Assembly: GCF_964204645.1 (NCBI RefSeq)
Contig: NC_134030.1
Span: 19,118,210 to 19,182,209, forward strand
Origin: Tubulanus polymorphus
Lineage: Eukaryota; Animalia; Nemertea
Length of the DNA stretch: 64,000 bases
Direction: 5' to 3'
Shown: positions 13,958-26,040 of the stretch, in pieces
Layout of the letters: every line of letters begins with the position of its first letter
How positions within the stretch are numbered: position 1 is the stretch's first letter
The notes under the pieces: generated by a model
Seen by the model: only the letters and a program-made list of their open reading frames with translations
What the model was told of the DNA's origin: nothing
The model's database searches: none
Made by a program: the position numbers and the translations under genes

Positions 13958-14150
13958 TAACCACACTCAAACGTGGTGAACGGATAAGAAAATAAAAACC
14001 CACTATCTACAGATTAAAAGAATTTAAAAACAAGAATTTATTTATTCAATCTAAAATATATAGAATACACGACGTTTCGATCGCACCCTAGAGATCATCG
14101 TCTCTTGTTTTTAAATTCTTTAATTTGTAGATAGTGGGTTTTTATCTTAT
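13958..14150. mobile_element. Foldback family 1 copy with the hammerhead segment on the - strand (core truncated)
   Basis: Same leader and arms as 697-905. gacgtttcgatcgcaccctagagatcatcgtc at 14071-14102 is the reverse complement of 789-820 with one mismatch. Confidence 0.75.
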
Positions 14151-15427
14151 TACTCATAGTATATAAAACACGAAACGGTGGTATATCAATTCGAAGAGGG
14201 ATCCAGGGTCCAATTTTGACTGCTTCACAAACGAAAAGAGGACATTTTTTTTATAAAAGGCATATTAAAGGAATCGAACCCAATACACAGTAAAAGAGCA
14301 TTTTCGACCATTTATGTTGTTTTTACTCAATGTGTTTAGGTTCATGGACCAGTAGATCAGTAGATCAATAGAACCATACCACCAGTAAATGTTATAAAGT
14401 TTTTGGTATTTGCGTAACGGAGGGCACAAATGGGAATAACAATAATGCAAACGGCAGTTTCAGGGTTGGATTTATCTCGTTCAAAAGTAAACTTTAAGTA
14501 GTTTCTAATGGCGCGGTTTTCAGAACTATCAAAGCGCTCATTAAAAGCGTCGCGGGAAAATACGTGATTTCAACGTTAATCGTCTCTCGATGCACGACGC
14601 ACCTTTTAGCGTTACTTTAATGATGATCGTATCGGTGACGTTTGTACGTAACGCCGCTGCGAGTTTCACGTCGACGGTCACGTACGTTGTCGGGAGAGCG
14701 CGTTCGCCCGCTGATTGCATTGCATTATTAAACGTGCTGCATAGAAATAAAGCAGCAGCAGCATCAGCAGTTAAAGAAACTAAAAGAGCATAAGTCCTGA
14801 GCATCCAAAATCCGTCGCACCAATCCACTGGAATATTAATAGAGGACTGATTGTTTGATTTCTATACGTGCTACGCGTTTTGTGGCGATTGACTCAACTG
14901 CGCAGAGTCAGAAATAACGAAAAGAATTCATAATTCCGACAGTCACGCTCGCCAGGCGTACGACAAAAAAGCCTACACCGACGGCTAATGGGAAAGACAG
15001 GCCATTTCCTGGGATGCAGGGTCGAACACCATTTAAGCCGATATTGAGATATCGGTACGAATGCGCGCCTTGTGAAATCCACCTTCGTAAACAAACCTTC
15101 GGGATCTTGCCGAGGATGAAGCTGCTTTTATCATCTTTTATTCATCTTTTTTTACTACGTTCAAGGTTTCCTTGAAGCGCGCCATTTTGCAAGCGTAATT
15201 CGGTAGGTAAAACTGTCTAGAAACCAAGCCAATGATTGGCGCCGGGTCAGGATTCACGAAATAGTTTCTACACTGTATAAAAATGGGATGAACGTGAAGA
15301 AAGTTTGTGACAAGACGGCATCGGATTTAATCACTGTTTTCACACACAAAAACACGAAAAATCAGTAACAAAAAGCAACGCAACTTGACAGCCTTGATAG
15401 TCGTTTTCGCAATTTCAGCCAATTTTG

Positions 15428-15553
<126 letters not shown>

Positions 15554-15929
15554 AGTACGTGTAATGTGAGGTAATGTGAGTTAACTGTTTTGATGTATGT
15601 AGTCTGCCGGATAATTAATGACTTCGCCGACGAAAATAGCTACAGCGGCGCTCTGTTTACTCAAGATGAAATTGATGAAACCGTAGAAGCGATTCGTCGT
15701 ATTGAAAGAAACTGGTGCGGTTTTTCAAACGCGCGCGCCGCAGCCGCCACCGCCGCGATTTCGATAATTCAAATGAATCGTAGAAATGTGTCGAGATAAT
15801 GAAAATTAAATTCGCGATTAGATCTTCGACTTGGCGCGCCGCGATGTAAACTAGGTTATTGATGCGTCACTTTGAGATCGGGTGCCTCGGTATGCGGGAC
15901 TCCGGGTGTATACAGAGAGCATCGGGAGG

Positions 15930-16530
15930 TCTTGAGTCAGGTTGTGGCAGAGAAATATATATAGTCAGAGAGACTTGTTGGGGTGTCAGGTTGTGGACAG
16001 AGCCAGGGCATCGGGGGGGGGGGGGGGGGGGTCTTGATATTGAGTCAGCTTGCGACAGTGGCCTAAAGGCGTTGCTTGGCCCACACTGAAAGCTACTGTT
16101 CTATCTATCTTTCCTTTTATAATTGTGCTTTTTCAAATTGTAAATTTTATTGTTTGTTTTTCTCTCGACCTGTGTTAATAGCCTGTCATGCTTTCTGTGA
16201 AAAAGATTTGAACTTGAACTTGAACTTGATAGAGAAATATATTGAACTTGATAAGGAAATATATATAGTCAGAGAGACTTGTTAGGGAGTCAGGTTGTGG
16301 ACAGGGTCAGGGCATCGAGGAGTATAGATAGGAACATAAAGCTGGTCGGGGAGTCTCGATAGGGAGTCAGGTGGTGACAAGGACATAAAGATAGTCAGGG
16401 AGACCTTTTAGGGAGTCAGGCGGTGGAAGAGAGTCTCGATAGTGAGTTTGACTGTCTAGAGTCAGAGAGTCTCGATAAAGAGTCAGGGTGTTGACAGAGA
16501 TAGAGAGCCGGGGAGTCTTCATAAGGAGGT
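15930..16530. repeat. Degenerate purine-rich repeat (agtcagg..gtggacag) interrupted by a probable retroposon 3' end with (TTGAAC)n tail at ~16070-16230
   Basis: Recurring gagtcagg motifs. T-rich segment ending in ttgaacttgaacttgaacttga. Confidence 0.5.
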
Positions 16531-17365
16531 CAATATGTCCCAAGAAGAAGTCAAATTATAATTTAAGTAGGCCATATCGGTCATATGACAAATACAATAA
16601 AAATCGAGCTTCATAACCACAGACCAAATGGACTACTTCAAGTAGTCTACTGGTAACAGCCTTTCTGTCGATGTACGAGACCCGGGTTCGAACCCCGGTG
16701 AGTGCGCGTAATTCCAATGTTCATATTCGACTGTTGGAAACTAGGGCCATCAAACGACGCCTGCGTGTACGCGTTTGATACATACGCATCTCGCCGAAAA
16801 CGTCTCTCGCATATTATCAGATACATGTCAACTATGCTTAGATTGTCAGCGACGTCTCGCAAACAAATCTGGCAATTAGGCAGCGAGTATGGCGCTAATT
16901 GGGAGCTGGTTTTGACGGCGGATGATGGACGGCGTGCCGGGTCGAGTAAGTCGAGTCGGTGCGCGTCACACGACGTCGAAACTCGTATCAAGTAATATGT
17001 ACGGCGTACATCATGAATTCATTTAAGGAATAAAAAGTGGTTTTTTGATAGAATTGGGGGTAGTTTTTATACTACATCTTCGTCAGACCAGCGCCATGCG
17101 ACGGTATCGTTATTGTGTGCCATGATTACTTTATATGTCGTTTATTTTCAAGTTATACAGCCTTGATGGCTCTTCTCGGGCTCCACAGCGACTGTATATG
17201 TATTTCACTGCTTGTAATCAAATTGTTGATTGTTTATTATCATTTTTGTACGCATTCATGGTGACGAATAAATCCATTCATTACTTAATAAAGGAGGAAT
17301 TACGATCATCAATGACCGGGTCAAAGATTCAACACAGCTATAGAGTCCCGCACTACTTCGTATTT

Positions 17366-17644
17366 CAGAGCCGTCGGAAGGAATTTTTCAGTGGCGAGGT
17401 TTATTTCTGAAGGGTGGTCTGGGGGCCCTCCTCTAGAAAAATTTTGAAAATCCAATCGCCGGAGATGAGTTTTCGGGCCATTTCACAGCCTCATTCACAA
17501 AAGCACGAGAAGTCGTGAGCCAACCACCTAGTACAGACAACGACGAGCTGCTACGCGGTACAGCGTGCTTTTGAAAAAAAATTTGTTAAGCAAAAAAGTG
17601 GGGCGGCTTTGGCCGCTGCTGCCGCCCCTGTTCCGACGGCCCTG
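17366..17644. mobile_element. MITE (non-autonomous DNA transposon)
   Basis: TIRs cagagccgtcggaa / ttccgacggccctg, flanked by 5-bp direct repeat tattt. Confidence 0.8.
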
Positions 17645-18349
17645 TATTTGACTGAATTGAAATCTATCCATTATGGTAGCAGCCACAATCAAACGTGAGA
17701 TGAAAACCCAATACGTATATACAGATTTAAACGTTTTAAAATTAAGAGTTCATTCAAGCAAAACGGTTGTTTTAAAAGTTTTATATCTGCATTTTGCGGG
17801 TTTTCTATCTTACTATTCACGAGATTCACGAATTTTATAAATGATGCCCCTAAATTGATTCAATATTGGTTCGTATTTACGCTTCACAACGAACCTTTGA
17901 GATTTGCCCACAGACATATCTATGATCAAGAAAAAACCTTTCCTTTTTATCAGGGAGGGGGGGGGGGTCGCTGCTAAAAAGGGGTACACCATATTCATTG
18001 CGTTTTGGGAAAGCGCGAACGTGAAAACGAACGCACCGATTTTCATCAGTCGCGACGAGAATTTCTTAGGGAGTAAATCATATTCCTCGTAAAATATTGA
18101 CGACTCACGTTTTTAGTCAGCGAGCGGAGGCCCGGTAGCGAGTTCTGGCGCTACAGCAAATTACCGTTATAAATTGCCCCAGCCGCGCAGATCTGTGGAG
18201 GAGAGAATGACAGATCAGAACCGCACCCGCGTGACGCCGGCAACGACACCTTAAAATGATGATACAACCGCGTTCAGTACCCAGCATTGAAACAAGAACG
18301 CGACAGTCTGGCGTTCATATTGTATCGATTAAAAAGAAAGCATCTTATG

Positions 18350-18875
18350 GAAGGGTGCTGATAAAACGTCTAATGTCTGGTGTTTGTAGTTCATTTTCAA
18401 TTTAAAATGTCTCGGCTGAAGTTCTGGACACATGTGAAGTGTGGACGATCAGTTTTTGAAAGTGTGCTGATAGAATATCTAATATCTGGTGTTTGTAGTT
18501 CAATTTCAATTAAAAATGTCTCAGGTGAAAAACTAACACATGTGAAGTGTGGACGATCAGTTTTTGAAAGTGTGCTGATAAAATGTCTAATGTCTGGTGT
18601 TTGTAGTTCATTTTCAATTAGAAATGTCTCAGGTGAAGTACTGAACACATGTGAAGTGTGGACGATCAGTTTTTGAAAGTGAGCCGATAAAGTGTCTGGT
18701 GTTTGTAGTTCAATTTCAATTAGAAATGTCTCAGGTGAAGTACTGAACACATGTGAAGTGTGGACGATCAGTTTTTGAAAGTGAGCCGATAAAGTGTCTG
18801 GTGTTTGTAGTTCATTTTCAATTAAAAATGTCTCAGGTTTAGAACTGAACGCATGTAACGTGTAAACGATCAGCC
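18350..18875. repeat. 109-bp satellite cluster, ~5 copies
   Basis: Same unit as 12200-13105. Confidence 0.9.
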
Positions 18876-21347
18876 ATACTGTTATATATCCAAGTCTGAA
18901 TTATAGACATTTTTCCAACCATTTTCAAACGAAATTGTATTAATGTCACTATATTGGACAGCTTTGAATTAACCAGCTTCGATTTTGTGATTAACATCTC
19001 CCCGGAATGGTTGATCGTAGCATTTCCTGGAAGTGTTCGACGTTAGTTCATGGAAACTACATCAAAGGTTTGATTTTTTTCTAAACCGCGACGCAGGTTT
19101 TGTGTAGTAATTTGCGGTGTTACTGTTTGTTTGATGGGATAATGGTGTCGACATGTCAGATATTAACGGCCTCAAACATACAATCAATTTGTAGGTAAAT
19201 ATTCACTACGATAACACGCGTGAACGTGTCAATTAGAAACGCAATCCCCAGGGGCGGGGAAGTGCGTTTATTACCCCTCCCCTGGGGGGATGGATAGCAC
19301 CAGGCACCGCTCTGCCCCAGGCTAAAATATAGTGGTCGCCTATGATTTGTACACAAACAAACGTGGAGAACGTTGCGTCGGTTCTGCATATCTGTTTAAC
19401 TAGAGTTTTATTCGAGGCGTGTCTCAAAGAATTACGGCATGCGCCACCAGATGGCGTGACAAACGCACGGTTTTGTTACGTTTTCATTCTCTAAATTTTA
19501 ATCACTTTAGTGTTGTTTTGTAAATATTTGTATATACATGTGTAATAGTTTTCCATATACCATGGAAATGGTTGGAGTGTAAATAAAATCGTAACCACCT
19601 GTGTCCGTCTGTCGATGTCGTTAAGATTTAGATACATTTCGAAATTTTGAAAAGATAAAATATCCAAATTTCGATTAGCAATATTTATCAAAGATGGTTC
19701 ACATATGTATAGGTCCGTCCTGTTGCGAGTAGTACTATATAGGTTAACTATTTATTTGACGCACGAGTTTCGCTACTAATGTATAGTTTCATCAGGAGTA
19801 AAACCCGGTAAACATTCTACGGATCTTCTTAAAATGTTTATAGTTCTCAATCACTTGGGTCAATATTGACAGAAATATGTTTAATCCTAAATAGCTTCCC
19901 CAAAACCGAATAATTTAAGCCATTCGCGAAAGTTAAACCTTTTTGTAGATACTGGCCCGGTTTATGTTTTCATCCAACCTTATTCTCGGTGCATTATGGT
20001 GAACTATAAGATTGAGCGACGTAGATCATTGTGAATAAAAACTCTTTAACGACTTCGTGAATTCATTTTCCGCCATTAAACGAACCACGCTTGAAAATGA
20101 ATCGAATTTTCTCGGCGCGCTTATGAACGAATGCGCAAATTTTTAAATTTTGCATAATATTTCGATCACGATATACAGTGTGTGGAAGATATCGCGCGCT
20201 CCCCAGGGAGCCGGGAGGACATTCAGTTATTCCGTTGGCGGGTGTTACGATATGACGGGGGCTCGAGTCTAAATCCCATACGTCAGCGGCAGTCACGCCA
20301 CGAACACGTGTTCGCGCGTACTTTCAATTTATTTTAATTTTCGAATTTCGTCGACGTATTATCGTAAATCCTCGCCCGTCCCGAGATCCGTCGCTGAACG
20401 TTTTTGAGCGCGATAATAAATATGGAAAGCGCGATGAGCGATCAGCCGGATGAAAACTCATTGCCGATTCATGATTTTCGACGCAAGTCGTTTGTTATAC
20501 AATTAGCCGACGTCGCGCTACATCATCAAACATTAGACATTAGACATTAGATACGATACATCGGAGAGGAACTACTGTACCTCACTGCGGCGGCGGTGGT
20601 AATAAAATTTCAAAAATAATGGCCGTTCGTTTTTCATTTTTCGAGCGAAAAGTTTTCACCGGTTTAAAAGCACTCGAAAAAGTTATTTTTTGTAGAAAGT
20701 GGCTTATATATCAAGTGCGCACGAAAGTTTTCTAGAAGTCTGTTACGTTTGGGAATAATTGATTCAGAAAAAAAGCTACTCGAAGAAGACTGTGGCTTAT
20801 CTATCGTCTACGGATTGCGGTTAAGAACCAAAATCCAGTTCAACAGTACTGAGTTGAATTTGTCTCTAGAACATTGAAAGTGAACTGATTTCAACTCATA
20901 GTCAACACTGTGGAACCGGGCCCGTAGTTTCTGTATTTTAAAACTTAATTAACACGGTAACAGCATAATTCTGTTATTTTATCTGTGTTCGTTTCTATCT
21001 GTCGGGCACTTACGATGTTATTTTGTAAAATATGGAATCTGGTTGTCAACTATGATTGTACAGTTTTGATAAATCTTGATAAATCCGATAATATGCCAAC
21101 AGCAGCGGCGACACTGTTTCATTAGATTCGTAAAGCCTATAGTTATCAGGGGTAGCGACTAAACTAAGAATGCTTCGTTAAAACGAAGATTTACATATTG
21201 AAATCTACAGGTCGCGGTTAGAACAACGTCTCAACTAGTTTACAACAAACAAATGAAATAGTATAGCGGCGGCGGCGGCGGCGGCAGCAGTCATAAAACC
21301 AGCAATGTTGTTCTTTTTCCATCTGATAATTACAACGCGGCGGTTAG

Positions 21348-21465
21348 TAAGTACTTAATAGGTTTAATAGTTCACTCGAAGCACAAGCTTTCGCTACTAG
21401 CGTATTAAAGTAGCTTCGTGAAAGCACGCGCTTCGAATGAACTAGTCACACCTATAAAGTACTTT
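21348..21465. mobile_element. Small foldback with degenerate hammerhead-like core on - strand, family 4
   Basis: Arms aagtactt..atagg..tagttca..cgaagc / gcttcg..tgaactag..cctat..aagtactt enclose agctttcgctactag..agtagcttc. Related cores at 19761-19800 and 32811-32852. Confidence 0.5.
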
Positions 21466-22424
21466 CCGTCTCGCTGTTTTTATTCCACACCGGGTTAACA
21501 AGGCTTCTCTACGAATCGTTTTCTTATAGTTATCCGGTAATATTAAAGGATTCAAGCACTGTCTACTACAGGCATTGTTATACAGATGAGTGTCGTTAGC
21601 CTAATTCAACTAGTATCGAAATCAACTAATTCAATAGCGTAACAAGCTTTATGCTGTTATTTATTAGTGAATTCGAGCCACGTAACGACGTGACTATAGA
21701 TGCACACGTGTTGACCATAAGAGTCCACTTGACACTAATCGTCAACGCGTGCGGACTCAGCTGCTGGTCTGGAACCCGGGTCAGTCGGACTCCAACGGCT
21801 TTCGACAATACAATAACAGCATAATGATACGGAACTCATTTCACGGCTGGTCATGCGATTATGCGAACGATTTTTATTGGATATTTCAAAGTTGACTGGC
21901 CGCAGGTGCCAGTAATTGGTAATGGTTCCATTGTAATTCTGTAATTACACCATAACGCGCAGCCGGAGTAGAGAACTGTGGCACTGGTTATTGAACTAAC
22001 CAACATGAAATACAGTTTAATGACCTTTGGAATAAACTACGAACCGCCTTAAGTTAAATAAAGCACTAAAGGCCCTTTTTCTGTACTGAAGAAAACGCGA
22101 TATTATGAAATTAAACAAACGAATATGATCTCCTTTTTGGAAAGAAGCATTAGAACAGCCCATCGTTAATTGCCTATTCGTTTGTGAATATAGATAAATA
22201 CTTTCAATTTAACACACCTTCGGAGTATTGTCGGGCTATTTTTAACATGAAGATACGTTTTTTATAAATGGACGCCTCTGACCTCGGAGTTATCATTCGA
22301 CTACCCCAAGCTCTGACAGATTTTGATGCTATTGAATTCTGTTGCATTTAACTCCACTGCCAACCTGTACGACGGACACACGAAAATTTCCACGCCTCCA
22401 TATCCGAACATTTATGGGAAAAAG

Positions 22425-22515
22425 GGACCGAAGTCTTTGTGGCCGTCGGGATTCGAACCCTCCAGCGCTGGATCATAGCCACAGTGAAAAACCACTCGAC
22501 CGCTATACACGAGCC
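22425..22515 (-). mobile_element. tRNA-derived SINE head remnant
   Basis: The - strand reads gtgtatagcggtcgagtgg (A-box-like) ... gggttcgaatcccg (B box). No complete cloverleaf. Confidence 0.5.
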
Positions 22516-23129
22516 TACAGTTTAACGAATCTTTTAAAAGCACATACACCGTCATCAGCGCCGAACGCGACCCTGGGAATCGGCGGTGATGTCAACACGA
22601 AAATGCGGAAAGCCGAACGACTGTTTTTTTTTAACGCCACAAAAGGCAACTCTATATAGCCGTCGTTTAGTTTACATAAGGTTTTAATTCCGATGACATC
22701 GATTAATCCGCCGTAATAAACCGAACTACACGAGTATCGGTGCTTTTTCTATTTGGTTTCTAGTCGGCGCGGCTTAATCGACAGGATTACACGGGTTTCT
22801 ACTTTGCGCCGTATCAAATCCGGCGTCAACTTCGCTTCGAAAGGGCAACGTATTGAAACAACAACTCGCTCTACACACACGCACTAACTACCACCAGCGC
22901 GTCACGTCATCCAGGGCCCCCGATCACACTGCTGTGAATCAGTGACGTCATCATCGGGTACAATCAGCCCGTCGTTTAAACATATATCACTTCATTCGAA
23001 TTCGCGTGTTTTGATTGTTGACCGTTGTGTTAGTTTCACGGTTAAAACTTAAGGTCTGACGGTTACGGTTATATAGAACCAAAATAAGCTTACGAATGCA
23101 AGTATTAAAGTTCGTACCCAAAATGAGCT

Positions 23130-24465
23130 TACGGCGGTATTAAAGTTGTATGATTGGTCATCGGACCATGGTAAGCTTAGACTAGACTGGTCTTAAGTTG
23201 TGAGATTGGCTATAGAACCAAATTTGGTTTAGACAGGTCTTAAGTTGTTAGATTGGCTGTAGAACCAAACGAGCTTAGACCGGTCTAAGCTCGTGTAGGT
23301 TTTATATCGAATCTAGCGAATTCTAAGACCAGTCAAAGCTCATTTGGATCAATAGCCAATCAACAGACTGGGACCAGTCTAAGCTTATTTCGATTATCTG
23401 CCAACAGAAGAACTCGCAACAGACCAGTCTAAGCTCATTTTAGTTATATAAAGTATACAACAAGATACTCGATCCAGTCTATGATCAGTTTGGTTTTATA
23501 AACAACCTAACAACTAAAAAACCTGCCGAGCTCTAGCCCATCTTATAAGAACTTAACCGGTCTTAGCCAATCTTAGAACTTAACGAGAACCAGTCTTAAT
23601 CCATTTTCGTTCAATGACCAACCTACGTAACAGCTTAAGACCAATCTAAACTAACAATGACCGATCTATCAACTTATGACCAGTCTAAGCCCATTTTGGT
23701 TCTATAAACAATCTAAAAACTCTAGACCAGTCTAAACTCATTTTAGTTCTATAGACAATCTAAAATACTTTAGACCAGTCTAAGCTCATTTTGGTTCTAT
23801 AATCAATCTAAAAACTCTAGACCAGTCTAAACTCATTTTGGTTCTATAAACAATTTAAAAAACTTTAGACCAGTCTAAGCTCATTTTGGTTCTATAACCA
23901 ATCTAAAAACTCTAGACCAGTCTAAACTCATTTTGGTTCTATAAACAATCTAAAAAAAACTTTAGACCAGTCTAAGCTCATTTTGGTTCTATAAACAATC
24001 TAAAAACTCTAGACCAGTCTAAACTCATTTTGGTTCTAAAAACAATCTAAAAAACTTTAGACCAGTCTAAGCTCATTTTGGTTCTATAAACAATCTAAAA
24101 ACTCTAGACCAGTCTAAACTCATTTTGGTTCTAAAAGCAATCTAAAAAACTTTAGACCAGTCTAAGCTCATTTTGGTTCTAAAAGCAATCTAAAAAACTT
24201 TAGACCAGTCTAAGCACATTTTGGTTCTATAAACAAGCTAAAAACTCTAGACCAGTCTAAACTCATTTTGGTTCTAAAAGCAATCTAAAAAACTTTAGAC
24301 CAGTCTAAGCTCATTTTGGTTCTAAAAGCAATCTAAAAAACTTTAGACCAGTCTAAGCTCATTTTGGTTCTATAAACAAGCTAAAAACTCTAGACCAGTC
24401 TAAACTCATTTTGGTTCTAAAAACAATCTAAAAAACTTTAGACCAGTCTAAGCTCATTTTGATCG
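23130..24465. repeat. 47-48-bp satellite (95-bp dimeric higher order) related to the MITE A interior
   Basis: Unit ttagaccagtctaagctcattttggttctataaacaatctaaaaact. Homogeneous at 23680-24465, degenerate and inverted at 23130-23300. Confidence 0.92.
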
Positions 24466-24874
24466 TTAACTTGATTCACGAACCAAACGAAAGTGATGGT
24501 CTATAGTTTCTACTGAGCGGTAATCGTCGGGTAATATCGTGCTCGTCGCTCGGGGAGTAATTGAGTGTAAATACGGCCGACAAATAAACGTCGCAATGAA
24601 TTTCACACAATCATTCTTGCCGCCAACGGTCAACAGAGCGAGCGGTGCTGGACGATTCGAGTTTCGACGAGCAGGGATCAATTAGTAAACAGATCTCCGG
24701 GTCACGCGTTCCCTACCCGCGTCACGTCATTAACTGATAATCGATCAAAAAATGCGCCGTGACCGAAACATTTACACTGAAAGAGATTACTATCGGAATA
24801 TTTTGTCGAGTGAATAAATATGATATGATACCACCAGCTATAGTCTTTTGCGTGGTGAGTCCATGTGTTTGAAT

Positions 24875-25110
24875 GGAGTCAGTAGGTCGGTCAGTGGCAG
24901 TCAATCAGCTAGTCATTGAGTCAGTCAGTCAGTCAGACCACTAGTCCGCTAGTCATTCATTCAGTCAGTTAGCTAGTCAGTCAGTCAGTCAGTCAGCCAG
25001 TCAGTCAGTCAATCAGGCATCCGGCTAGCCAGCCAGCCAGCAAGCAAGCCAATCAGTCAGGCAGCCAGCCAGCAAGCCAATCAGTCAGTCAGTCAGTCAG
25101 CCAGTCAGTC
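24875..25110. repeat. (AGTC)n/(AGCC)n compound microsatellite
   Basis: Directly visible, ~85 nt into the intron after the Dscam exon donor. Confidence 0.9.
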
Positions 25111-25195
25111 ACTCCACTGGACCTGTATACCCATTTAACATAAAATCTACGAAAATCAACGATAAAAATTGGAAAGCAAACTAGAGAAGTCTTAC

Positions 25196-25525
25196 CTCCT
25201 TTCACATTCACGCGTCTACTGATAATTGAACCGACGGAATTTTTCGCCACGCATCTATAACTGGCAGTGTGAACGTTCGACCTCAGATCGGCGTCGCGAA
25301 AAGGCAGGAAATACAGCGTATTGTTCGGTAAAATGCGTAATATCTTAGCGATATCTTCGACGGGGCGGCCATCTTCCTTCACCCAGTCCATTATAGGCGC
25401 CGGCCGTCCGTAAGCCGAACACGGGATCAACGCGCCTTTACTGTTGGCGAACGCTATTTTAGGGGGAGGTTCCGATATGAATATGGGTCCTTGCGGTGTG
25501 TCATCGCCTCCTGATTGTCCTCGCA
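25196..25525 (-). CDS. Dscam: Internal coding exon, Dscam-family cell adhesion receptor, Ig1 domain
   Basis: Translation GPIFISEPPPKIAFANSKGALIPCSAYGRPAPIMDW...LYFLPFRDADLRSNVHTASYRCVAKNSVGSIISRRVNVKG matches the Dscam Ig1 pattern (GP.F..EP, F.NS.G..I.C.A.G.P.P...W, L.F.PF, VH...Y.C.A.N..GSIISR.V.V). Acceptor tttattttccag|TG at 25525, donor GGAG|gtaag at 25196. Length 330 nt, phase 1 at both ends. Confidence 0.93.
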
Positions 25526-25604
25526 CTGGAAAATAAATGAAATATACGAATAAGGATTTAATCTATTTATTCAATTCAATGAAGTGTTTTTAATTTGACT
25601 CCGA

Positions 25605-25713
25605 GGGCGCAGTTTCACAAAAAGGATTAAGGCCTAAATCGATTTAAGATAAACTGAATTAATGAAGATATTAAATCGATTCAAGAGTTAAATATTTTTG
25701 TGAAGCTGGACCC
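25605..25713. mobile_element. MITE family C
   Basis: TIRs cagtttcacaaaaa / tttttgtgaagctg. Homologous, inverted copy at ~9810-9913. Confidence 0.6.
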
Positions 25714-26040
25714 CGGATCCAATTTTAACTAAGTTCCACAGTTATGTGGGTTTAATTTGACTTATGAACCCAGTTCCACAGTTATATGTGCGTTTAATTT
25801 GACTCTGGATCCAGTTCCACAGATGTGTGGGTTTAATGTGACTCTGGATCCAGTTACACAGTTATATGTGGGTTTAATTTTACTCTGGACCTAGTTATAC
25901 AGCTCATAGTGTGGATTGAATTCATGTCTGGATCCGGTTCGACATTAAGGTAGGTTAAATTCGACTCCGGACCTAATTCCACAGTTGTGTTAGTTTGAAC
26001 TGACTCTGGATACAGTTCCACATGTGTTGGTTTAATTGGA
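25714..26040. repeat. ~38-bp satellite (reverse orientation of 9570-10560)
   Basis: Recurring gactctggatccagttccacagttgtgtgggtttaattt. Confidence 0.85.

Noticed and set aside
16660-16710. tRNA gene (ggttcgaaccc hairpin)
   Set aside because: Only a T-arm/B box is evident, with no convincing cloverleaf. Probably a SINE remnant.
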